A stretch of 64,000 nucleotides of DNA from assembly GCF_964204865.1 (NCBI RefSeq), contig NC_135256.1, positions 13,206,001 through 13,270,000 on the forward strand, given 5' to 3'. This DNA comes from Styela clava. Lineage: Eukaryota. Below are positions 54,678-64,000 of this stretch, piece by piece. Numbering within the stretch: the first letter of the stretch is position 1; each line of letters opens with the position of its first letter. Below the pieces are notes generated by a model. It had not been told where the DNA came from, searched no databases, and saw only the letters and a program-made list of their open reading frames with translations. Position numbers and translations under genes: made by a program.

Positions 54678-55424
54678 AAAATATGCATATTTATATGATT
54701 TCTGCCATCCGTCGAAGGTTTTTTAAGAAAAAAACATATTCGCCTAGTCCAGTTACCTCCCATTCGTATATCGAAACTCTGAATTCTTATTTTGTAGACT
54801 ATATGATCGTTTTGTTTTTCTGGTTTGATAAAAAGCAATAAATTCACTCTCTCTATCCTACTAACTACAGGCCTTTTTGCCGGCCTGTCAACGTTTAATT
54901 GAAGATAGATTTCCATATTCCAGTATTCATCCAAGTATTGGAACAAACACATCTTCTGTGCCTTCAGAGTTTATTTTAGGCAGGCTTTCTTTCTTTTGTG
55001 CCAAATATATTCCAATGCCAAACGGAACTTTTGTATTGAGATTTTAGAATCGAATTAGACTATTATATTTTGGGAATTTGGCAATTTAATCCCCCCCCCC
55101 CCCCCCCCAAATACATTTGAATAATGGGCTATAATAAAAATCCAAACAAATGCAAATTCATACCGGTACCATTACCGGTACCATGATGTCTTCAAGTTAA
55201 AATATTCCATTATATGCCCCCAGGAGTTGAGTTTATCCACATTTAATCCAATCAGCAATTTTATATCAGCTATATTTTTATATAATTTACATTTTAATCG
55301 TTTTATTTAACTTAGGCTTCTGAATGATCTGACAAGTGGCAACCGTAGACATTTGACTTCATCTTCGAGAAGCGACCTCCAACGACTAAATTTTATAAAT
55401 ATATACCCCGTATTCGAGTAAACT

Positions 55425-55950
55425 GTGGTTATTCTATTTATCTATCAACAATTATGTACATTTGACCAATATAGAAAAAAATGCTATTATTTTATTGATA
55501 TGTACTGCAAGATATAAAATTTGGCTGCAAAGAAATGCAGTGATTTTTGAAAATGTAATGCCAAGAGTGAATAATGTAGTCAATAATATAAGAAATTCAA
55601 TAAAGTGTAGGAGAAATATAGAACGACTGAGAAATTTACCTAATTATTGTGAAGAACTTGATTTATTATGCAAATATATATAAATATGACTAGAAGTGTT
55701 TATCGTAATGAAGTGGAACTAATTCTTAAAATTTTCTTTTCCGTGCATTAATTAAAATAATGGTAAATGGCATCATGGAACATATAATTGATGATGACAA
55801 CAAATGGGATTTACAACGGATATGCTACAATATGGATACAAATGATCAATATTTATTATGAAATTTATACTGTCTCATCTGTATGTAATGATTTATATTA
55901 TTATTTTATCTATTTTTAACCTTCATTTTACGTATTTACTTTATTTCTCA
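55425..55950 (+). mobile_element. Second, divergent Tx1/L1-like 3' fragment
   Basis: ORF 55462-55683 (NAIILLICTARYKIWLQRNAVIFEN...RRNIE...EELDLLCKYI) aligns by eye with the end of ORF 56050-56799. No TSD or poly(A) seen; boundaries approximate. Confidence 0.7.
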
Positions 55951-56116
55951 ATTATTTGGTATTAGACTATATCGCAACCAATGCGCAACCGATAATGCTG
56001 GTACAGTAGTTGGATAAGATAGTCGACATCACGGGGTGTCAGGCAAGGGTTGAAATACGACATACCACCTTGGCGTTTTATCTCCTGTAGGACATTCGTG
56101 CGAGAAAAGTCGCGTG

Positions 56117-57072
56117 AATATTATAAAAGCGTAATTAATTTTATGAAAACTTATAGTTTAAATATGAATGATATTAAAATGGGTGAACATAGAATTATAT
56201 ATGATAAAGTTTTAAAAAGTATTAATGGGGAAAGACTTGTAATTATCCGTAATTCAAATCTCAGTATAACTTGTAACAGTATTCATAATAAAATTTTGGC
56301 AAATTATATGAGGACCTTCAACTATAAGTTAATATGGGATATTCTACCCTTGAAAACAAAACCAGAGATCAAAAGAGTAGCAGGAAATGAATTATGTTTA
56401 TTATGTAATATAGAACCTGAGTTTGTGTCACATATTTTTATGTTTTGTAAGTTTACTCAGAAAATTTATGATGAATTTGTTTCCTTAATTATATTAAAAT
56501 TAATTAGAATAAATTTTGTTATAAATTATGATTCTTGTATATTATTGAATTTTAATGATCCTTTATTTAGTCATATAACAGCATTAGATTTGAATGCAAT
56601 TATTCTTTTATTATCAATAGTGCGATATAAAATTTGGATAATGAGAAATTCTATAATATTTGAAAATAAAACACCTGACATTGCTCTCCTTAAAAAACAG
56701 ATAAAAATGGCCCTAATGTATAGAAAAAATATAGAAAATTCCAGAGTAGACAAACCCTTTGAAAAAGAATTACAAAATTTATGTAAAGCATTAATTTAGA
56801 TATTAAATCAGGTTTATAATAAGTTTTTTGTATTTACTAATTTTGTGTATTTCCTTTTATATTGTATTATATCATTGTAATTATTAAAAAAACATTATTA
56901 TCGTTGGATACTTATTACTGATGAAACAAACTGGAAATACTGTGAAACTCAATTTAACAAATGGATCATGAATGGAATGTGGACTATAATTTATTTTATT
57001 TGTTTATTTATTTTTTACATATTTATTGAAATCACTCAATGAGTGAACCAATTAAAAAAAAAAAAAAAAAAA
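56117..57072 (+). mobile_element. 5'-truncated non-LTR retrotransposon (Tx1/L1-like ORF2 C-terminus with zf-RVT)
   Basis: Perfect 15-bp TSD GAGAAAAGTCGCGTG (56102-56116, 57073-57087) and an ~19-nt poly(A) tail. Frame to 56799 encodes FNYKLIWDILP..CLLC..E..SHIFMFC...RYKIWIMRNSIIFE. Confidence 0.88.
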
Positions 57073-58182
57073 GAGAAAAGTCGCGTGTTTTCAATTTATT
57101 CTCGATTCTTTTTCTTTTTGGTAATATTCGTATTAAAAGAACATTATCTTAAATAATACCTAATATGGCGCCGTATTAAAACATTGTCAGACTAGTTAGA
57201 AGATAGTGATACTAGTTACTAGATTGAAAATCATTTTCTTTGTACCGTATCTGTTGTAGGTATATGGCCGTATGTTACGGTAATGTTGATAATACAGTGA
57301 TATCGTATCACTCAAGTGTTTTGCTACCTAGCGTAGGATATTATCTTTGTGTCTTTTAAAAATGTTACTGTACGGTAACGTTTGAGAAATACAATGTCAA
57401 CTGTTAATATTGTGATATAATATTTTGGTAAATAGGCTATGCTATATAATATAGGTAGTAATAGTATACTGTACCATATGGTAGGTACATAGTCTAATAG
57501 GCTACTATCCACAGGTCTGAATTGTTGGGAGGTTGATTTTAAAGGTGCAAAATATTTCATAGACAAATAGTGCAGTGTAATATATGTGGATTCCAAATAC
57601 TGAAGTATAATCTCAATTAAGTAATATAACATTCTTACGTATGTAAATACATTTGTTCATACATTTAAAAATAGCGAAAGACTTCATTTTAACGTTTATT
57701 TTTGATGGGATTCAATGATATTTATGGAATAATTGATTTATGCCAATTTCTGAATTTGTTAATTCAAAAGTTCTCATCGAATTTGAATGGTTCTTTTTAC
57801 TGTTTTTGGTGGACGGGCACGTACTTGTACGTTTTCAACTTTTTAATTAAGTTATGTTCGTTCCTCCAGGTCTTTTGCATTTTGTTTGTCCGTTTGTTGT
57901 TGTTTTAATTCTTCCAGAGTGACCAAATTAAAATTGATTGATACTATATAGTTGATTACTCTTACTATCATTTTATAAAACTATATCAATTCACTGTTAC
58001 ATGCTCTCAGTTTCCCTCTCACAAAAGCAGATAGTGCAAAGGCTACCAATTTGAATTGTGTCATTGAACATGTCGATTATTGAGTGCTTTCTTATGTCTC
58101 AGCTTCTGATCTGAATGAATTGGTATTTAATATTCTTACACAGACAGCTGGTAAAACTATGCATCTGTAGGCAATTATAATT

Positions 58183-59889
58183 ATGTGCGGTATAATAGCA
58201 ATAATAAGTAAGTCTGAAAATGTGCCACAACATATTCTAGATGATATTCTACCTCTCATTAAGCGTCGAGGTCCGGATGCTACTGGGACCAAATCAATAG
58301 TTATCGGCAATGGCTTTTATTTACACATGATTTCTACTGTTCTGCATTTACAAGGAAATGTTGCGACTCAACAGCCTTATGTTACTGCAAATGGAGACTT
58401 TTTGCAATGGAATGGTGACGTCTTTGGTGGATTAGAAGTAAAGGACGGTTTTTGTGACACAGTCATTCTTGCTAATCGCCTGAGTGAATGCGCAAATGAT
58501 ACTGAAATATGCAAAGTTTTTAGTTCATTGCACGGACCTTATGCCTTCGTATTTTTTCAAAATTCAACAAAAAGATTGTATTTTGGGAGAGATTATTTTG
58601 GTCGCCATAGTCTTTTATATCATGAAGGTGACGATGACTTTATATTAGCATCAGTTGCGAAACATTCAACAAACATCAATTCAAATGTGTCATGGAAAGA
58701 AATCCAGGCTGATGGAATCTATGTCATCGACACACAATTGCAAAAATGTAATAGGGAGATTAAATGTCATTTTTGGAAATCAATTACAAACTCACACTGC
58801 CTCAAAGTAGATGTTATGAAGCAATATGACACTGGTTACACAAATAAAATAATGGAATCAAATGGATCTGCAGAGAATGATCATATTGCAATAGACCTGA
58901 ACATAGAAACATTCAATTCTTCTTTTGAGAAAGTTGTCAAAAGCCAAATAGTAGATAAAATGTCAGACTTAGATGCTTTGGTTGCTATCTGTGAATCCCA
59001 AAATATTTGGCCATTAGTGGATCTTTTTACAGATGTACTCAAAAAGTCGGTACAAAGACGTGTATCAAATCTGCCAAAATATTCAAACTCACATTCATCA
59101 ATAAGTATTCTTTTTTCTGGTGGAATAGATTGTAGCATTCTAGCTTTGCTGGCTAATGAATATGTTCCCGTTTCGGAACCGATAAATTTACTTAATGTTG
59201 CTTTTGAAACACCAAAAAATAAAAATTTTGATGTCCCAGACAGGTGTACTGGTAGGATGTCCTATGAGGAATTATCAAAATTATGCCCAAATAGAGTTTG
59301 GAATTTTGTTGAAATAAATATAGGATTAGACGAATTAAGGGAAACTAGAATAAAAAGAATTGCTGATTTAACATATCCATTAACAACTGTTCTTGACGAT
59401 AGTATTGGTTGTGCTTTATGGTTTGCAGCATATGGTGGGACAATACACCCTGAATGCAAAACAAAAGTAGTTCTATGTGGTATGGGAGCTGATGAACAGC
59501 TTGGAGGATATTCCCGTCATCGATCAGCATTCGAAAATCGTGGGTGGGAAGGACTTGGCAATGAAATTATGATGGAACTGGAAAGAATATCATCACGAAA
59601 CCTTGGTCGTGATAACAGAATTATTGCAGATCATGGAACTGAAGCAAGGTTTCCATATTTAGATGAAAATGTTATATCATTTTTAAATAAAATCCCACTC
59701 TCTTCTAAAACCAATTTGATTTATAGAAGAGGGTTAGGAGAAAAACTTCTTCTCAGGGCTACGGCTTATAATCTTGGCCTAAGGAATGTTGCTGTTTTTC
59801 CAAAAAGGGCCATCCAGTTTGGATCTCGTATTGCCAAAGCAGAGTGCAATAAAGAAAAGGCTTCTGATATTTGTAGTAGATTATTGTGA
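58183..59889 (+). CDS. ASNSD1: Asparagine synthetase domain-containing protein 1, single-exon CDS
   Basis: MCGI Ntn-amidotransferase start, RRGPD, WNGDVF, FGRDYFGRHSLL, ILFSGGIDC, GMGADEQLGGYSRH, RNLGRDNR, EARFPYLDE, KRAIQFGSR. Confidence 0.95.
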   Translation: MCGIIAIISKSENVPQHILDDILPLIKRRGPDATGTKSIVIGNGFYLHMISTVLHLQGNVATQQPYVTANGDFLQWNGDVFGGLEVKDGFCDTVILANRLSECANDTEICKVFSSLHGPYAFVFFQNSTKRLYFGRDYFGRHSLLYHEGDDDFILASVAKHSTNINSNVSWKEIQADGIYVIDTQLQKCNREIKCHFWKSITNSHCLKVDVMKQYDTGYTNKIMESNGSAENDHIAIDLNIETFNSSFEKVVKSQIVDKMSDLDALVAICESQNIWPLVDLFTDVLKKSVQRRVSNLPKYSNSHSSISILFSGGIDCSILALLANEYVPVSEPINLLNVAFETPKNKNFDVPDRCTGRMSYEELSKLCPNRVWNFVEINIGLDELRETRIKRIADLTYPLTTVLDDSIGCALWFAAYGGTIHPECKTKVVLCGMGADEQLGGYSRHRSAFENRGWEGLGNEIMMELERISSRNLGRDNRIIADHGTEARFPYLDENVISFLNKIPLSSKTNLIYRRGLGEKLLLRATAYNLGLRNVAVFPKRAIQFGSRIAKAECNKEKASDICSRLL

Positions 59890-60400
59890 CAGAAATTGCA
59901 TGCAATGGCTGCACGATAAGGCAATGTTTCATTTTGTAATATTCAAAGTTTCGCAAATGCTTTATCATTACTTTTTCAAGCAGATATTGGAGACTTGATT
60001 TCAGCAGATTATATTTAACTTGATTTTTTCTCAATTTGTTTTCTTAAAAAATAACTTAAACGTGTTTTTTCTGGTTCGACTTTTTACAAATTCATTTCAG
60101 TTTTTTGGTAATACAATTTTCATATTAATTTTTTTTGTGCACAGATTCATAGAAGTAATTTAGTAGAAATAACCATTCAAAACCTTGAAATTAACAATTT
60201 TATGCTTCAATTCAATGCTCTTGGGCTGTTGTATATTTAGTATCATGGCCATGGGCAACATCAGTGGAAGGCTGATTGAAATAGTGTTATGAAATAAATT
60301 GCATTTTGTCTAAGCTCTAATTTATATTATATGTTTTTATTCATGAATCTAGTTTGTTAATTAAATTTTCTAACAAAAAAACTCCCAAGAAAATTGCAAC

Positions 60401-60673
60401 ATGAAGCTTACTGATGGAAAAATGGGAAAAGGATTTGGCACTCTTGGAGTGAAGATGACATCACAAATCCAGTATCAGCTGTCACCTTTTGAGCAACCAC
60501 CTTTGAAAGGTTACTTTCAGAATGGCCTAGTGAACGTTGCAAGGAGAACAAGAGAAAAATTTCTATACTTCACCATTCCGATGGTTATCGGATATATGGT
60601 GTATCAGTATGGAGAGACAACAAATGCGAATCTGAAAAGAAAGAATCTTAAAGACTATGAAAATGATGTTTAA
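60401..60673 (+). CDS. UQCRQ: Cytochrome b-c1 complex subunit 8 (QCR8); the start may be the second ATG at 60422 (MGKGFG)
   Basis: MGKGFGTLG...YQLSPFEQ...NVARRTR..TM helix..KRKN.KDYEND is the UQCRQ signature; AATAAA at 60731. Confidence 0.93.
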   Translation: MKLTDGKMGKGFGTLGVKMTSQIQYQLSPFEQPPLKGYFQNGLVNVARRTREKFLYFTIPMVIGYMVYQYGETTNANLKRKNLKDYENDV

Positions 60674-60938
60674 ACTTATAAAATCGTTCAATTATTCAAT
60701 ACTATGTGTTTGATTTAAAATAGGAAATATAATAAAATATTTTTCAGTTCATAATAACAAGATAAATTTCATTCAACTTCATTTTACAGTGAATTTGTCT
60801 GTTCAAAATATTCATGTTTTTGGATTGTCGTGCATTTTTGGTGGTTCAATAATAACTTATTATTATGATAATTGTTTCTTTAGATAATATAATATAGTAA
60901 AACATTCAAAATCTAATGAAAGCATCAGTTTGAGTACC

Positions 60939-61847
60939 ATGGCTGAAGCTATGAATCCATTGTGCATTGGAAGATACTGTGGTTATCCACCTGATGATGA
61001 ATTACCTGATACGTGGCAACTAGACAAGTGTGGTGCTTGTCCATGGGGATATAAAGCAAACGAAACAAAGTATTGTATTCAGTGTGACAAACCTCCTGAT
61101 ATCTATGACTGGCTTTATCTTGGATTTATGGCTGTATTACCTTGTATGCTTCATTGGATTTATATATTAAGAAACCAGAAATCTTTGAAACTAATGGTAG
61201 CACAGATACTTTTATCAATTTTCGAATGTGTTTGTGCTTGCTTATTATCACTTATTTCTAGTGAGCCGAAAGGTGATTTACAACTTGTATCTTGTGGTGT
61301 AAATCAGTTATCAGACTGGTATACAATGTTTTATAACCCACAGATTGAATATACTCAGACCATTCATTGCTCTCAAGAAGCAGTGTATCCATTAATGACA
61401 ATAGTTTGTATCTATTATGCATATACACTCATATTGATGCTACTATTCCGACCTTTTATACTATCTTTTATAGCTGCTGCGAAGGAATGGAGTGGCCCCC
61501 TTTATGCAGCATTGTATTTTCATCCCATCTTAGTTGTAATTCATGCTTTTATTGGGGGGCTAATTTATTATTCATTTCCCTACATAACACTGCTTGTATC
61601 CCTGGTCGCTATAGCAACGTACTTTGTGTGGACCAATGTCACAACTCTTAGTTCATCATTACGACATAAAGTCAAAAATATGTTGATCATTTTATGGCAT
61701 ATGTCGCTTTTAACATTTGGTATTATTGCCATTTCTAATGAAAATTATTATTTTGTGGTACTGGCACCATTCCCACTTATATTTTATTTTTTGACATTAC
61801 AGTTTACAGATCCCGAAAATATTGATAAAGAAAGGCATCATACATGA
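60939..61847 (+). CDS. JKAMP: JNK1/MAPK8-associated membrane protein, single-exon CDS
   Basis: CIGRYCG..CGACPWG, YDWLYLGFMA.LP..LHW, LSDWYTMFYNP, IHCSQEAVYPL, YAALYF.PIL, GGLIYYSFPYI; multi-pass TM. Confidence 0.93.
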   Translation: MAEAMNPLCIGRYCGYPPDDELPDTWQLDKCGACPWGYKANETKYCIQCDKPPDIYDWLYLGFMAVLPCMLHWIYILRNQKSLKLMVAQILLSIFECVCACLLSLISSEPKGDLQLVSCGVNQLSDWYTMFYNPQIEYTQTIHCSQEAVYPLMTIVCIYYAYTLILMLLFRPFILSFIAAAKEWSGPLYAALYFHPILVVIHAFIGGLIYYSFPYITLLVSLVAIATYFVWTNVTTLSSSLRHKVKNMLIILWHMSLLTFGIIAISNENYYFVVLAPFPLIFYFLTLQFTDPENIDKERHHT

Positions 61848-62607
61848 AGATCCATACCATTCTAACCTATGGGCCCTTTTTACTATTTGTCTAAAATACC
61901 TTATTGCTTCAATCTATTCATAGTTTGTTTCAGTTGGAGGCCATTCATTGGATTAATATTATGTATTCTAGAATTTTTTTTGATTTGTCATTTCCGCAAT
62001 CCAGAGATATAGTTTTTACCTAAATTTGAATATTTCTCGCAAATAAGCTTACCTTACCTTAATTGCAATGTTCAGGAAATGTTTTCTATGTTTCATTGAC
62101 ACAAACTCTATAAGGAACAAATATTGTTTATTATGGAGCAAGTGACATAAATGTACCTATTGATACCAAGCAAATATATTAGTGTAGATCTACAAGACTA
62201 ACATTATCTGGAGTCGAAAACATAATGTGACAACATACTGATGAGATTGAAAACAATGTCAGACTATTTGTGCAGTGAATCTCTTATCAGAATAGAATAA
62301 TATGCCCTTAGTAATGTATTATACATAAGATATGAAACATAAAATATGTAAGAACTTGGATAAAATACTCTTTTCACATTTGCTTCAATTCCATGCTTGC
62401 AGGCTTTTATTAATTTTTGATTCAATATTGAAGTTGCGCATGATTCACAATTTTTCTGACAATATTGTATACCGGTATATATTATTTATTGCAACCTCCA
62501 TTTGTTATGGTCAATTGTTTTCACCTGATGATATCATTTCTTGATTATTTGTTTTTTCTAGGAAACACCTCCATGATATAATAAACTAAATTGTCATCGC
62601 AACTAAG

Positions 62608-64000
62608 ATGGCTGATGTAGAAGATGAAGATTCATGGTTGTACGGTGATTCTACTAAAGAAAAATCAGAACCACCTGATTCAGGAAATACAAATGTAAAT
62701 GAAAAACCATTATCAAAAATTGAAAATGAAGTCCAAGAAAAAATGGATCATGAGCCGGCTCCTGCTTTAGAGGTACCTGTCATTGAAAATGGAAAGGCGC
62801 CGGTAATTAAGCTTGACAATCAAGCTCTACCTGCTAAAGAAATTGCCGCTAAAAATGAGGATGACGACGAAGATTCAGATGATGATGTACAAGTTACGAT
62901 TGGAGAAATCACAACTGGTGGAACACCTGGGAATTTTCCAGCCCAAGGACTGAGTAGAACTTTCTATAGGAATCCAGTTCCTGTACCTACAAAACCTACA
63001 GTGACAAAAGGCTTGGATATGCAGGCTCCAGGTGATATCAACGGTACTCCAGTTATGGAGACAAATATAGACTTGCTTGATGACAAACCATGGCGCAAGC
63101 CAGGAGCTGACATTTCTGATTATTTCAATTACGGGTTTAATGAAGATACCTGGAAGCAATACTGCGATAAACAAAAGAAATTTCGAGGACAATTAGATAA
63201 CATGCCTGTTATATCACTGCCTTTACCAAAACCTATCCAGAATGGTACCACAAGTTTGTTTAGCACCCCACCATATGTTCCTTTGGCCAAATTTGAAAAT
63301 ACTGTCAGAAACATATCAACTTTGCAATTTAGTAGAAGGAAAGAAGATGAGCTGTTAGCGGCCTCTGCGGCAGCCGCAGCTGCCACAGCTGTACAAAATC
63401 AGTCACAAAATGCCACACCTGTCCCATCGTCAATTCCTCCAAGTTCTGCAACTCAAGTATTTTTGTCTCAGATGAGGCAGCCAATCGCCGGGACTTTGCC
63501 CAATGCCCCTTTGCCATTCCCACCCATAAATCCCAATCAACCACCACCAGGTATGCCTATTGGTGTCCCTCCACCGTTTATGATGTCTAATGTTCCTCCG
63601 CCTGGAATCCCTCCACCAGGCGTTGGTCCACCGCCAGATTATTTACAATCAGCACCTCCTGGATATCCGCCAGGGTTTCAACCCCCAGTCACACACACTG
63701 TGCCCCCTCCTTTATTTGGTCAACAAGATGGTGGCGATCCTTACAATCAATACTCAGAAGATCGGCATAGGAGACCCTCGGATAGTGAAACAGATCGACA
63801 TAGTGAAGATGATGGCCGATACAGGAGAGAGCGGGGAAGTAGTTCCAGAAGAGATTACGACCGTGATAGATATAGAGATAGAAGGGATTACAGAGATAGC
63901 AGACCTCGGGATAGAGATCGTGATCGAGACAGAGATCGTGACCGCGATAGGGAAAGAGATCGTGATCGTGACCGAGAAAAGGATAGAGATCGTGATAAAG
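62608..64000 (+). CDS. FIP1L1: Pre-mRNA 3'-end-processing factor FIP1, truncated by the window end and absent from the ORF track
   Basis: Open frame from ATG 62608: MADVEDEDSWLYGD, DDDVQVTIGEI, Fip1 motif DKPWRKPGADISDYFNYGFNEDTWKQYC, a Pro-rich region, then RD/RE repeats. No stop before 64000. Confidence 0.95.
   Translation, partial: MADVEDEDSWLYGDSTKEKSEPPDSGNTNVNEKPLSKIENEVQEKMDHEPAPALEVPVIENGKAPVIKLDNQALPAKEIAAKNEDDDEDSDDDVQVTIGEITTGGTPGNFPAQGLSRTFYRNPVPVPTKPTVTKGLDMQAPGDINGTPVMETNIDLLDDKPWRKPGADISDYFNYGFNEDTWKQYCDKQKKFRGQLDNMPVISLPLPKPIQNGTTSLFSTPPYVPLAKFENTVRNISTLQFSRRKEDELLAASAAAAAATAVQNQSQNATPVPSSIPPSSATQVFLSQMRQPIAGTLPNAPLPFPPINPNQPPPGMPIGVPPPFMMSNVPPPGIPPPGVGPPPDYLQSAPPGYPPGFQPPVTHTVPPPLFGQQDGGDPYNQYSEDRHRRPSDSETDRHSEDDGRYRRERGSSSRRDYDRDRYRDRRDYRDSRPRDRDRDRDRDRDRDRERDRDRDREKDRDRDK

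Noticed and set aside
54830-55270. Possible small minus-strand exons (PFGIGIYLAQKKESLP, faintly STMP1-like)
   Set aside because: No consistent start codon or splice phase could be built; they may be CNOT9 5'UTR or outron sequence.
8033-55345. Recurrent AAGTGGCAAC motif (8033, 11014, 41175, 55334)
   Set aside because: Could be decayed MITE ends or RFX half-sites; these cannot be told apart from sequence alone, and the spacing is irregular.
55431-55965. ATTCTATTT (55431) and TATTTGGT-ATTAG (~55953) resembling ascidian spliced-leader sequences
   Set aside because: Only short partial matches in AT-rich DNA, with no adjacent donor plus Sm site, so no SL RNA gene can be supported.
57796-57880. 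Minus-strand peptide MQKTWRNEHNLIKKLKT resembling a GIY-YIG C-terminus
   Set aside because: Too short and without upstream GIY/YIG motifs.

Overview
AT-rich eukaryotic DNA with GT-AG introns, tRNA-derived SINEs and MITEs. It is probably from an ascidian/tunicate, an inference from the gene packing and the intron-poor co-oriented genes. Positions 1-24 kb are a gene-poor region with no supportable CDS. At 24.2-26.1 kb there is a 3-exon IFI44-like P-loop GTPase. At 30-35 kb an unidentified, apparently broken minus-strand gene is interrupted by a 2.9-kb Academ-like DNA transposon (TAG..CTA ends, 3-bp TSD). From 39 to 64 kb lies a dense housekeeping cluster in two divergent runs: minus strand CNOT9 > EXD3/mut-7 > OSTM1, and plus strand ASNSD1 > UQCRQ > JKAMP > FIP1L1 (the last runs off the window). 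Six of these seven CDSs are intronless as far as visible, and each has a 3' splice acceptor just upstream of its ATG, which suggests SL-trans-spliced operons. Two 3' fragments of Tx1/L1-like LINEs sit in the gap between the two runs. All calls come from reading the sequence and recognising motifs; no searches were run.
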